A stretch of DNA of 52,977 nt from an uncultured archaeon. GTDB taxonomy: Archaea > Iainarchaeota > Iainarchaeia > Iainarchaeales > VGJJ01. The position numbers and the translations under genes are program-made. Below, in pieces: positions 25,516 through 34,555 of the stretch. Position 1 is the stretch's first letter. Each line of letters starts with the position of its first letter. The notes beneath the pieces were generated by a model. The model did not search any database. It was not told where the DNA came from and saw only the letters and a program-made list of their open reading frames with translations. Where the stretch lies: assembly GCA_964524375.1 (NCBI GenBank), contig CAZGES010000003.1, forward strand, positions 1 through 52,977, in the 5' to 3' direction.

Positions 25516-25538
25516 TTTTTTTGCTGGCCTAGGGCCAG
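25516..25538 (+). terminator. T7 run plus a 6-bp hairpin after pfdB
   Basis: TTTTTTT (25516-25522) is followed by CTGGCC-TAG-GGCCAG. Confidence 0.4.
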
Positions 25539-25571
25539 AATCATTTTATTCTCCAAAACCAGTCTCCACGC

Positions 25572-26597
25572 ATGCGTGGAACATTTTATCGCGAAGCCGA
25601 AATGCTCGTGCGCGAACTTGCAGGAAAACGGGTTCTTTTTCTCTCGCACGCGCGGCCGGATATGGACACGCTTTCTTCTGCATACAGACTTGCGCACATT
25701 TTAGGACAGAAAACACGCGCAACCTGGGGCGTGTGTGAGAAATTAAACGATTCCTACGCTCAACGGACTTCATCATTCGCTATTCAACCCAAACTCATTG
25801 ATTCGTTAGAATCATTTGACGCCGTGGTGTGCGTCGACTTCCGTTCCCCTGCGCAAGCAGGTGAGCTGGAAAGCGCTTTGAAAAAATTTTCCGGAAAAAT
25901 AATTATTTTGGACCATCACAATCCTTCTTCCAATGAATTCTCTGGAAAACTCATCAAAATTATCCGCCCCGCGAGTGCGGCAACCGCACAGATGGTCGCG
26001 CAAATTGGAATTGAAATGAATACGGAATTTACTAAACCTCTGGCTTCCGCTCTCGCGATGGGTATTCTTACGGACTCCGCCACTTTTGCGGTTGCTTCCG
26101 CTGAAACATTTTCCACGTTCTCGTTTCTCCTTGAAAAATCCGGGCAATCGTACGAACAACTCTCCCTGCGTGCCATTCCCCCGCTGGATGTGGAGGATGT
26201 TGTTTCCACCTTCCAGAGTTTGCGCCAAGTAAAGCTAGTGAGCGTGGGAAAGTTTCTCCTCGCGACGGCGAATGCCCCTTACCACAACTCCCGCTCGGCC
26301 AATGCGCTCATTCAATTGGGCGCGGACGTGGCGTTGGGGTTGTTTCCCAGCGAAAAAGGATTGTTTTGCGCGGTCCGCGTTTCTGGTCGCGCGCATTCGG
26401 TGCTGCAATTTGACGCAATGAAAGTCCTTCCCACACTGGCACATGAACACAGCGGAACGTGCGGCGGCCACGCGCGCGCGGCTCAACTCAATTTGCCCCC
26501 GTATCTTTCCGAAAACATTATTGTGGACGCATTCACTCACGCATTGCAGGCGCGCGTGCGCAAAATGGATAAGCAGGGAAAAATGAAAATTTATTGA
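25572..26597 (+). CDS. DHH/DHHA1 phosphoesterase (NrnA/RecJ-like)
   Basis: Motif I SHARPDMDTLSS, the DHH motif (ILDHHNPS) and a DHHA1-type CGGHARAAQ near the C-terminus. Confidence 0.8.
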   Translation: MRGTFYREAEMLVRELAGKRVLFLSHARPDMDTLSSAYRLAHILGQKTRATWGVCEKLNDSYAQRTSSFAIQPKLIDSLESFDAVVCVDFRSPAQAGELESALKKFSGKIIILDHHNPSSNEFSGKLIKIIRPASAATAQMVAQIGIEMNTEFTKPLASALAMGILTDSATFAVASAETFSTFSFLLEKSGQSYEQLSLRAIPPLDVEDVVSTFQSLRQVKLVSVGKFLLATANAPYHNSRSANALIQLGADVALGLFPSEKGLFCAVRVSGRAHSVLQFDAMKVLPTLAHEHSGTCGGHARAAQLNLPPYLSENIIVDAFTHALQARVRKMDKQGKMKIY

Positions 26598-26644
26598 ACG
26601 AGGTTTTCAAATTATTCAATTGATTCATTTTTTTATCTTATTTC

Positions 26645-27052
26645 TCAAACGTAAATAACATTCTTCCCCTTGTGTATTTTTTGTCTCTTGGCTTTCTTGA
26701 GCAAATAATGAATCGTACTCTTCGGCACGCCCGTCTTCGCTTCAATTTCACGCATACTCAAAAAGTCTTTTCTCAAATCCGCAATCAATCGAATCTTTTC
26801 CAAGTCCACGTTTAACGCACGTCCGGGTCGGTGATTCCGTTTGACAAGAATGCGATGCTTCTGCAAAACGTCGCGTGTTTTCGGCGCGAGTCTTTTTTCC
26901 ACGCTCGAGGACGCGCCCACGTATGAAATATTGGGGCACTGCACCAGCACCGCGGCCATCTTTTTGGCCGAAATAGGTCTCACCAGGTGAATCTCGCTCA
27001 AGTCCTTGGGAAGCGTCGAAATGGGCGTGTGTTCACGTATAGCGTATTGCAT
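26645..27052 (-). CDS. small protein with a C-terminal resolvase-type HTH
   Basis: 135 aa. SMREIEAKTGVPKSTIHYLLKKAK is a helix-turn-helix. Confidence 0.5.
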   Translation of the reverse strand: MQYAIREHTPISTLPKDLSEIHLVRPISAKKMAAVLVQCPNISYVGASSSVEKRLAPKTRDVLQKHRILVKRNHRPGRALNVDLEKIRLIADLRKDFLSMREIEAKTGVPKSTIHYLLKKAKRQKIHKGKNVIYV

Positions 27053-27163
27053 AATGCGTAGCCATAAAGCGTTTGTAAAGCATCTTTATATATCTCGCTC
27101 CGCCTCTCTTGGGTAATGCATCCCCGTGTGGGGATTGTACAAAATGGAGAGGTGAAGGAACTT

Positions 27164-28369
27164 ATGAATCGAACACTCACGCTCCTTCTTTCCCTCGCGT
27201 CGATTTTCTTCCTTTTTGGAAGTCTCGTCGTGGCGGAGGAAGGCTCGAGTAATTTGCCCGGTCTCACAACCACTGCTGCCTTAACAACTCAGCAGAAGGC
27301 CGCTTTGGAAAAGGAAAAAATGGAACAAGAACGCGAAAAGCTGAAAGAAAAATGGGAAGCTGAAAAAGAACGAATTAAATCGTTGAAAGTTGTTTCAGCT
27401 AAAATCGCCATTACCACTACCGGCTCCGTCAACAGCGACGATGTCCGTGCTGAAATTGAAGCAAAAATCGCCGAGCGCCGCGCCGAACAATTGGCCAAGC
27501 TCGCCGAGAAGAAAGCAAAGGCAATCGCCAAACTCGAAAAGCGATTAGCCGCCCGCGATTTGGAAGGACGCGAAAAACTCATTGCTCGCCTCCGCTTAGC
27601 GGTGGAGAGTTCAGACGACGCTGACTTAACCGTTCGCGCCGAGTTGAAAGCGCTCTTGGAACGCTTAGAGAACAAAACTTCTCTCACAACGGCCGAGCAG
27701 AAAGAAATTGAAGATAAAATTCGCGCCTACAAAAAAGAACATTTGAACGCGACCGCGACGCGCTTGATTGCAAACGCCGAAAGCGTGTCCACGAAACTGG
27801 AAAGCATTCTCAAGCGAATCAAATCCAAGATGGATGAATTAGACGTTCTCATCCCCGGCTCAAAAATTCGAATGGAAACTGTCTACAATAAATTAACCCG
27901 CATCAACACGCAATTGGATGCCCGCATCGACGCTGCGAAGGCCGCTCAAGCCGCTTTCGTAATATCCGATGAAGGCGGAAACACTAATGCGTTGCGAGCC
28001 GAGCTTCACCGCTTGCGCAGCTGGAGTAAAATTGGCGTTAAATCCATGACGCGATTAGTGGCGATGATTAACCACTATCAGAATCAAGGTGAAGACGCGG
28101 ATGACGATGTCTTAGATGCATACGCTGCAGACGTTCTCGACGTGAGCGCGGCCGCCGATGTAGTTGAGAGTGAAGTCGCAGACGTGTTTGCCTTGACGGA
28201 AACCACTGTTCCTGCTGCCGATGTGGTAGTCGAAACAGATGACTCCGGAATGGACAGCTCTGACGACATCAACGATGCTCCTGACGATTCAGACGGGCGC
28301 GTAGATGACGACGACTCCGATGATGAAGAGGATGAAGATAATAGCGGATCAGGAGGAAACAACTCATGA
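27164..28369 (+). CDS. secreted alpha-helical/coiled-coil protein with a poly-acidic tail
   Basis: ATG at 27164 follows GGAGAGGTGA. It has a signal peptide (MNRTLTLLLSLASIFFLFGSLVVAEE), then K/E/A-rich helices, and ends DDSDGRVDDDDSDDEEDEDNSGSGGNNS. Confidence 0.65.
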   Translation: MNRTLTLLLSLASIFFLFGSLVVAEEGSSNLPGLTTTAALTTQQKAALEKEKMEQEREKLKEKWEAEKERIKSLKVVSAKIAITTTGSVNSDDVRAEIEAKIAERRAEQLAKLAEKKAKAIAKLEKRLAARDLEGREKLIARLRLAVESSDDADLTVRAELKALLERLENKTSLTTAEQKEIEDKIRAYKKEHLNATATRLIANAESVSTKLESILKRIKSKMDELDVLIPGSKIRMETVYNKLTRINTQLDARIDAAKAAQAAFVISDEGGNTNALRAELHRLRSWSKIGVKSMTRLVAMINHYQNQGEDADDDVLDAYAADVLDVSAAADVVESEVADVFALTETTVPAADVVVETDDSGMDSSDDINDAPDDSDGRVDDDDSDDEEDEDNSGSGGNNS

Positions 28370-28650
28370 ATCACATGAAATTACTTCCCGCATTGTTTGT
28401 GGTGAGTCTCGTGCTTATTGCCCTTTCCGGCTGCACGGGTACCAACACGCAAACCACGACAAACCCCCTCACGGATGGAAGTGCCACCGGCGCAGTAACT
28501 GCTCCCACGAGCCAGTCACTCGCCCAGGAATTATCATCCGGCACCGGCACGGGTTCGAATGACATAACCACAAATGAATTAGACGACATTCAGAACGACC
28601 TCGACGAAATAGACATTGCCGCCGACGCGTCGGAAGAATCAAACATATAA
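28366..28650 (+). CDS. small acidic lipoprotein
   Basis: ATGA overlap with the upstream gene. Lipobox-like LSGC after the signal peptide, and an acidic C-terminal half. Confidence 0.6.
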   Translation: MNHMKLLPALFVVSLVLIALSGCTGTNTQTTTNPLTDGSATGAVTAPTSQSLAQELSSGTGTGSNDITTNELDDIQNDLDEIDIAADASEESNI

Positions 28651-28666
28651 AATTTCAAGTAGGACG

Positions 28667-28690
28667 AAGAGGGGTTAAGTGCCCCTTTTC
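28667..28690 (+). terminator. hairpin plus T-run after the lipoprotein gene
   Basis: AAGAGGGG-TTAAGTG-CCCCTTTT is an 8-bp stem running into a T tract, 17 nt after the stop. Confidence 0.4.
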
Positions 28691-28714
28691 TCCTATGCCC
28701 ATATTCCTCTTTTT

Positions 28715-28726
28715 TTGGCATGCCAA
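28715..28726. promoter_or_regulatory. perfect 12-nt palindrome just upstream of the TATA box (candidate operator)
   Basis: TTGGCATGCCAA lies 10 nt upstream of the CTTATATA box (28737-28744). The box is 22 nt upstream of the ATG at 28767 of a wHTH gene. Confidence 0.35.
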
Positions 28727-28766
28727 AATAATAACTCTTATATAGCGGGCCATTTTTCGATTAAAC

Positions 28767-29234
28767 ATGCCCTCGCAAACCCTTTCGCAGTTCTTTTCAG
28801 GCATGCCTGATTTATCGGACGTTTCCTCTTCCTCCCCGCCTCTCCCCGCCCTTTCGGATTGGGAGAATAACGTCCTCCGCGTCGTGCGTTCCCGCTGGCC
28901 CACTTCTTCATTGGAAATCGCCGAATTTTTAGGACATTCTTGCACGACCCGCGAACAGAAACGCCTCCTTAGTTCACGTGTCGTGTATCACGTGAAAAAA
29001 CTCGTGGAAAAAAAACACGTGATGAGCAAGCGCTTCGGAAACGCATTAATTGTGTGGCCGTACGAAGTGGAAACCCTGCGCATCATGCATGAGATGATGG
29101 GCGTTAAACCCGCGCACCATTCCACTCATTCTCTCCCACATGAAAAAAAAATAGTTAAAGAAAAAAACTCTACAGAAAAAATTCACCCGCCCGTGCACGC
29201 AGTGAAAAAAAGTATTTGGAAAGAGGACGCATAA
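28767..29234 (+). CDS. winged-helix DNA-binding protein
   Basis: NNVLRVVRSRWPTSSLEIAEFLG...VVYHVKKLVEKKHVMSKRFGNALIVW fits a wHTH (recognition helix plus wing). Confidence 0.6.
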   Translation: MPSQTLSQFFSGMPDLSDVSSSSPPLPALSDWENNVLRVVRSRWPTSSLEIAEFLGHSCTTREQKRLLSSRVVYHVKKLVEKKHVMSKRFGNALIVWPYEVETLRIMHEMMGVKPAHHSTHSLPHEKKIVKEKNSTEKIHPPVHAVKKSIWKEDA

Positions 29235-29237
29235 CGT

Positions 29238-29801
29238 ATGGTCCTCAACAATTTTTTTGATAAATTCATTTTCACTTCTCAACTGAGATTCAAAGACAGT
29301 AATTTTTATGTGTTGGACATTCCCTTCGTCATCGTTCCCGTGGATATTTTGTTGGGCTTCTCCGAATTAGACGACCCGGTGATTAACAAAGCCGTGTATT
29401 ACGCGTACAAATCCTCCGCGCTCAAAAAACTTATTCCCAAATTTCAAGCGGGTGCCACCAAACAAAAATTCCTCGATTTGGCACAGGCATTCTTCGGCGC
29501 CTCCGGGTGGGGTATTTCCAAAAACATTCAAATTGACGAAGTGAACAAGCGTGCGGTAGTAGTCGTGTCACACTCTCCATTAGCGCGCATCCTCCAAGGA
29601 AAAGCGCAGCGTCCCGTGGACCATTACACGCGTGCTATTCTCGCGGCCATTTATTCGGCATATTTTGATACGCCCGTCGAGTGCGTCGAATCCGAGTGCA
29701 TGGCTCTCCGCCCCGGCGATTGTACGTTTGTCATTAAACCCTTGAACGAGTTCGACTTCACGAAGGATGAAACCCAGCGCCAGCTGAGTTTGAATTCGTG
29801 A
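29238..29801 (+). CDS. V4R (4-vinyl reductase-like) domain protein
   Basis: The C-terminal HYTRAILAAIYSAYFDTPVECVESECMALRPGDCTFVIKP fits the V4R Cys pattern (E.xC...G...C.F.I). It starts 3 nt after the wHTH gene. Confidence 0.55.
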   Translation: MVLNNFFDKFIFTSQLRFKDSNFYVLDIPFVIVPVDILLGFSELDDPVINKAVYYAYKSSALKKLIPKFQAGATKQKFLDLAQAFFGASGWGISKNIQIDEVNKRAVVVVSHSPLARILQGKAQRPVDHYTRAILAAIYSAYFDTPVECVESECMALRPGDCTFVIKPLNEFDFTKDETQRQLSLNS

Positions 29802-29821
29802 ACTAATTTACTTGAACCTGA

Positions 29822-30895
29822 CTATATTTTTCGGTTGATGAGATACGTTGCAAACGCACGCAGAATAGTCTTCGCTTCGCTCTCGGGGAGAACTTTTTCC
29901 ACATCTTTCCATGATTTCTCGACTAATTCCTTCGCCTTGGCGCGGCCGTATTCAATTCCATTGTACTTTTGAATAATCGCAATCGCCTCATGAATAGTCT
30001 TCTCATCTTCCGGGTGCGCATTCAAAATCTCGAGCAAGCGTTTCTTGTCCGCTTCCGTTGCTTTGGAAATAGCATGTAATACCATAATGGTTCGCTTGCC
30101 TTCGTGAATGTCTTCCCCCACTCCCTTTCCTTTGGCAAATTCTTCTCCTACTAAATTCAAAATATCGTCCTGGATTTGGAATGCCACTCCAATCGTTTCT
30201 GAAAATCGTCCTAATTTTTCAATTTGGTCCGGGGTTCCTTTTCCTAGTATTCCACCCAATTTCGCAGCGAGGCGCGCGAGCGTTCCCGTTTTGTATGCGC
30301 ACATCTGCAAATATTCTTTCTCTTGAATGAGATACTTGTTTCCGCGGTGCCACCAAATGTCTAATCCTTGCCCGGCGTGAACGCGCAACAATTCATTCGT
30401 AATTAAATCTAATATTTCTAATTTTTGCGTGTCGGTGATGGTTTTGTCCTTCATCACCATGACGCTGGGCATGAAATACATGGCGTTTCCCGCGTTAATC
30501 GCCACATCCACTCCATAAATTTTGTGCAGGCACGGCTTTCCGCGTCGCAACTCAGAATTATCTTCAATATCATCCACGATCAACGAGCCGTTGTGAATAA
30601 TTTCAGGAATCACAACATAGTCAAAATATTTTTTCGTGTCCCCGCCCACGGCTTCTAAACTGAGCAAGAACAACGCCGGTCTCCACCGCTTTCCGCCGCG
30701 GTCGAGCAAATTCCACATGGGTTCGACAATACTTTTTTGCAAACTCTCCAAATCATACCCGTACGAAGGGTTGCCGAATGTTTTCTCCAACCATGCGAGA
30801 GTGATTTGATGGGGGACCACTTTGTCTAACGTCTTGTTTATTTCAACGGATTTTTCAGTCAAATACGCTTCAATGTCAATCGGTTTAGCGTCCAT
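29822..30895 (-). CDS. idsA: polyprenyl (geranylgeranyl) diphosphate synthase
   Basis: First Asp-rich motif LIVDDIEDNSELRRG and second Asp-rich motif FQIQDDILN. Confidence 0.9.
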   Translation of the reverse strand: MDAKPIDIEAYLTEKSVEINKTLDKVVPHQITLAWLEKTFGNPSYGYDLESLQKSIVEPMWNLLDRGGKRWRPALFLLSLEAVGGDTKKYFDYVVIPEIIHNGSLIVDDIEDNSELRRGKPCLHKIYGVDVAINAGNAMYFMPSVMVMKDKTITDTQKLEILDLITNELLRVHAGQGLDIWWHRGNKYLIQEKEYLQMCAYKTGTLARLAAKLGGILGKGTPDQIEKLGRFSETIGVAFQIQDDILNLVGEEFAKGKGVGEDIHEGKRTIMVLHAISKATEADKKRLLEILNAHPEDEKTIHEAIAIIQKYNGIEYGRAKAKELVEKSWKDVEKVLPESEAKTILRAFATYLINRKI

Positions 30896-30984
30896 TCCAA
30901 TCCCCTCGTTTTGCCGTATTTACCTTCGTTAATAGACGTTTAGGGGGAGGACTCTATAAAAATCTAGCGAGAAAAAGGGAGTAT

Positions 30985-31476
30985 ATGGCCACGTATACGG
31001 GCGAATACTACGCTCAACACTATCCCCCCATCCAGCAGGCCAAATACACGCAGCTCTGGCCCCATATCAAGCCCTTTATCTCCCCCCACGTCAAACAAAC
31101 CCTCCTCGACATAGGAATAGGCCCTGCCTGGTTTGAGTCCTTCCTCGCCGAGAAAAACATGTCCTTTACGCGTGTAGTAGGGGTGGACGTTTCCGAATCC
31201 TCATTGAGCGCGCGGAAAAAAGGAATCGAATACATTATTTCCTCCCATTTCGACACGGACGAAAAATTCGACCTTGTCATTTGCTTCGACGCGTGGCATT
31301 GTTTTCCGGAAATGGATTTGATAAAATTCGTCAAACCGAATGGTCTGCTTCTCGTGAGCGAACCCCTCACGTTCGAAAAGCAATTGGAAAAACTCCCCGC
31401 TCAACGTTTAGTTGATGTGTGCGTGGGCGAAATGGAGAAGTCGCGCGTGGTTGTTTGGAAAAATTCTTTTCAATAA
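30985..31476 (+). CDS. class I SAM-dependent methyltransferase
   Basis: Motif I LLDIGIGPAWF and post-I DLVICFDAWHCF. 163 aa. Confidence 0.55.
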   Translation: MATYTGEYYAQHYPPIQQAKYTQLWPHIKPFISPHVKQTLLDIGIGPAWFESFLAEKNMSFTRVVGVDVSESSLSARKKGIEYIISSHFDTDEKFDLVICFDAWHCFPEMDLIKFVKPNGLLLVSEPLTFEKQLEKLPAQRLVDVCVGEMEKSRVVVWKNSFQ

Positions 31477-31556
31477 TTTTCTCATTGGCGGCGCCGCGGG
31501 TCCTCGCAAATGCTCTTCGTCTTCGTGCGCGTGAGTAGGTTAGGGGGTTGACTAGC

Positions 31557-31706
31557 ATGGGTGTGTTAATCGTTGACGTGGAAAAGGACATTGATTCAGC
31601 CTTTCGAAAAATAGTCGAAAAACGGTACGGCCACGGAGAGCAGGTCGTTGAATTAGTGCTCAACGCCGTGATGAAAGACTGGGTGGAGAAACAAGCGGTG
31701 GAATAA
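31557..31706 (+). CDS. small (49 aa) RHH/antitoxin-like protein (tentative)
   Basis: Not in the ORF track. GGGGG lies 8-12 nt upstream of the ATG. MGVLIVDVEKDIDSAFRKIVEKRYGHGEQVVELVLNAVMKDWVEKQAVE has a beta-strand plus two-helix layout. Confidence 0.4.
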   Translation: MGVLIVDVEKDIDSAFRKIVEKRYGHGEQVVELVLNAVMKDWVEKQAVE

Positions 31707-31797
31707 TTTCCACTACTTCTCTCCGAAATATCCTTTATTTTTTCTGTTAATTCCACGCGTGAATCTCAGAATTCTTTCCGCCGATGAAGGGGTCGAG

Positions 31798-32667
31798 CTA
31801 ATGTTTGCGGTCATTTTTTTCTCTCAGTTCGCTTAACGCAGTCTCCACTTGATTTTGAATCATTTTTGCCATCGTTGGATTTCGTTCGATAGTGATTTCA
31901 ATCCTAGTTGATTCATTTTTTTTCTCATTTAGAAAATAAAAGTTAAAAAGTTCTTTCAAATCACCAATTTTGGAGTAGATTTTGTCCATATATTTTCGGG
32001 TTTCGGGAGAAAATTCCACGCGAATGACCATTTCCCCGTTGGCAAAATAGTCGTCCTGAAGGTCAATTTGTATTCCAGTCTTAAATTGTGCAACTCCGCC
32101 CAATTTGTAATGTTTGCAGATCCATTTATCTAGTGGCATATCGCAAACAGAAATTCCTTTGGTTGGGCAGTTAGTTGTCATTTGTCGGAGTAACTCAAAA
32201 TCCATGAAGTTAAATCGGAGCGGCCACACCGCATGGTAAAACATTCCAAATATTGGCGCGGGTTTTCCTCCAGTAAATTTTCCATCTCTGAAATTTTCAG
32301 CCATCCACGTAACATATGTGGACAGATCTTCGATTACAATTTTGACGGGCTTATCAATTTTAGTTGGAAGATGGTAATTATGTCCCTTCGTATACATCAT
32401 GTCAACAGCCACGGCATAATCTTTTACTTGGCTAATCCAGTTTTTGCTTAAACGAACGCCTTTGCCTTCTTTTTCAACTATTTTTTCCTGAACTAGTTCT
32501 TGGACGACTTTATGCACTGCCTGATACGTCACTTCTTGCCCATCCCTTCGAATACGGTTAAACAACTCTTTTGTGGAGAGAGGGAATTCTTGACTCAGAA
32601 TGATTAGCAATCGGTCCCGAACACGGGTGCTGCCTGGAGAAAAGGACAACACTTTATCAGGCACCAT
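31798..32667 (-). CDS. wHTH protein with an uncharacterised C-terminal domain of about 200 aa (intact paralog of the 38276..39132 pseudogene)
   Basis: N-terminal FPLSTKELFNRIRRDGQEVTYQAVHKVVQELV is a winged helix. The C-terminal domain contains WPLRFNF and has no known motif. The gene is AT-rich. Confidence 0.7.
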   Translation of the reverse strand: MVPDKVLSFSPGSTRVRDRLLIILSQEFPLSTKELFNRIRRDGQEVTYQAVHKVVQELVQEKIVEKEGKGVRLSKNWISQVKDYAVAVDMMYTKGHNYHLPTKIDKPVKIVIEDLSTYVTWMAENFRDGKFTGGKPAPIFGMFYHAVWPLRFNFMDFELLRQMTTNCPTKGISVCDMPLDKWICKHYKLGGVAQFKTGIQIDLQDDYFANGEMVIRVEFSPETRKYMDKIYSKIGDLKELFNFYFLNEKKNESTRIEITIERNPTMAKMIQNQVETALSELREKNDRKH

Positions 32668-32726
32668 ACAGACATAATTTACTTTTTCAACGATTTAAAG
32701 CCACGCTACCGCTTGGCGGGGTCTCC

Positions 32727-32735
32727 TTTTTATAT
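32727..32735 (+). promoter_or_regulatory. putative TATA box of the KaiC-like operon
   Basis: TTTTTATAT ends 21 nt upstream of the ATG at 32756. Confidence 0.4.
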
Positions 32736-32755
32736 CCCCAAAATATAGCATAGAC

Positions 32756-33514
32756 ATGCAACGCAGCAAGACCGGTATCCAAGGCTTAGACAAGGCTCTC
32801 AATGGAGGCTTTCCCGAGGGCAATTTGGTTTTACTCTCCGGCGGCGCGGGAACTGGAAAGTCCACGCTTGCCATGCAATATTTAGTGAATGGTGCCACTC
32901 TCTTGGGAGAAAAAGGCTTGTATATTTCCACGGAGCAAAGCGAAGAAGAATTGCAGAAGGCCGCTTCGCAATATGGGTGGAAATTAGTTGATTTAGAAAA
33001 CAAGAACATGCTGAAGGTTGTCTATTTCAAAGTTTTAGAGGAAGATCATTTTTTGCAAAAAGTGGATGAGCTTGTTCAAACATTCAAACCTAAACGCATT
33101 GTCATTGACTCGCTAACCACATTAACGGACTCGATGATGATGTCCGAATTGCAGAAAGATGTTGGAGTGTCCTTAATCAAAATCGCCGATACCGTTTCTC
33201 CGGTTCCGCGCACGGAACAAATTGTCACGAAAATTATTTTGTATAATTTAGTGAACAAGCTCAAGGAGTTTCAGTGCACCGTTTTAATGACATCCGAACT
33301 CCCTGAAGGATTGCAACGCCTTTCCGCGGACGGCGTAACGGAATTTGTCGCCGATGGTGTCATGACGCTCGAAAATTTAGTGGTGGGACAAAGTGCGTTT
33401 CGCACCCTCCGCATTCGAAAGATGCGCTACACCGATCACGAGAAAACATCGCTTAACTATAATCTTGGTCCGCAAGGCGTTAAATTTGAGGAAAGCGCCG
33501 GGCTGGGTTTATAG
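32756..33514 (+). CDS. KaiC/RecA-superfamily ATPase (single KaiC-like domain)
   Basis: GIQGLDKALNGGFPEGNLVLLSGGAGTGKST (Walker A), with ISTEQSEEEL downstream. 252 aa. Confidence 0.85.
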   Translation: MQRSKTGIQGLDKALNGGFPEGNLVLLSGGAGTGKSTLAMQYLVNGATLLGEKGLYISTEQSEEELQKAASQYGWKLVDLENKNMLKVVYFKVLEEDHFLQKVDELVQTFKPKRIVIDSLTTLTDSMMMSELQKDVGVSLIKIADTVSPVPRTEQIVTKIILYNLVNKLKEFQCTVLMTSELPEGLQRLSADGVTEFVADGVMTLENLVVGQSAFRTLRIRKMRYTDHEKTSLNYNLGPQGVKFEESAGLGL

Positions 33515-33553
33515 TGAAATAGGTGCCAGTTACTAGTGTCGAGGCTATGCTAC

Positions 33554-34168
33554 ATGACTCCTGAGCAACTAATTCTCAGTTCCCCCTTGATATCATTCCC
33601 GTTTTTCATCGCCGGTTACATGATTTTGGGCGGGGGCATTAAATACATCGATGATGCGTTTGACGAAAAAACGTTTGCCAAATCAACAGCCATTCTCCTT
33701 TCTCCCGTTATTGCCATTTTTTGGGTCTTCATGATGTACATGACCCCTGCCTCTGCCACTATCCTGGGGGCGATTTTCCTTGCGGTGTTATTCCGCAACA
33801 AAGTCGATAACATTGGCTTTCACGTGGGGGCATTAGCAATCGTTTCCGGTCTGGCCATTCTCTATTTCTTCAAGGTCGTGGACTTCTATTGGGGCCCGCT
33901 CGTTTTTCTAACAGTAGCAGGAGTTTTAGACGAAATTGGAAACGACTACGTGGATTCGCATTCTAAATTGAGTAAATACGTCACGCTCTTCTTCACGTAT
34001 CGCTTCGTCATGAAAATTGCCGTCCTTGTGTGTGTACTCTTGGGTTTCTTCGGCATCGAATATTTGCTCGCCTTCCTGGGCTTTGACATCGCCTATGCCT
34101 CTGTAGGGGCTTATTCCCTCCGCCTCAAGCGCCACCACAAGTTTAACATCTCCAACGTCAAGATTTAG
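33554..34168 (+). CDS. polytopic membrane protein with two Asp-rich motifs
   Basis: ATG at 33554 follows GAGG. It has about 6 hydrophobic helices, plus KYIDDAFDE and LDEIGNDYVD. Confidence 0.6.
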   Translation: MTPEQLILSSPLISFPFFIAGYMILGGGIKYIDDAFDEKTFAKSTAILLSPVIAIFWVFMMYMTPASATILGAIFLAVLFRNKVDNIGFHVGALAIVSGLAILYFFKVVDFYWGPLVFLTVAGVLDEIGNDYVDSHSKLSKYVTLFFTYRFVMKIAVLVCVLLGFFGIEYLLAFLGFDIAYASVGAYSLRLKRHHKFNISNVKI

Positions 34169-34174
34169 ACCAGT

Positions 34175-34555
34175 ATGCCCACCAAAACCGAACTCGTCAT
34201 GGTCGAGCTGCAGAATTTACTCAAACTCGAAGACGTGCTCGCGTGCATGCTGGCAAAGAAAGGACTTGGTGGAGTGGTTCCTGTTAACCAGAAAATTAAG
34301 AACGTGGGATTATTCAAACTAATTTTAGAAACGACGAATGATTTGTTTGATACTATTGGGAAATTCTACGACTATAAACTTGAACGATTGAATATGGAGC
34401 TATCTGAAAATACTATTATCATCGCACCTGTTTCACGCGAGATGGGGTTAATCGTGATGATTCCTTCGCTGGCCAACTTGGGCTTATTAGACATTGAAAT
34501 AGAAAATACACGACGAAAAATTGTAACTATTTTGTCCACGCCGGAACAGAATTAA
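34175..34555 (+). CDS. Roadblock/LC7 domain protein
   Basis: 126 aa. LEDVLACMLAKKGLGGVVP...TIIIAPVSREMGLIVMIPSLANLGLL fits the Roadblock fold pattern. Confidence 0.5.
   Translation: MPTKTELVMVELQNLLKLEDVLACMLAKKGLGGVVPVNQKIKNVGLFKLILETTNDLFDTIGKFYDYKLERLNMELSENTIIIAPVSREMGLIVMIPSLANLGLLDIEIENTRRKIVTILSTPEQN

Noticed and set aside
31367-31756. 129-aa minus-strand ORF.
   Set aside because: It is Ser/Thr/Arg-rich junk-like sequence. It overlaps the 3' end of the methyltransferase gene and the better-supported small + strand ORF that has an SD.
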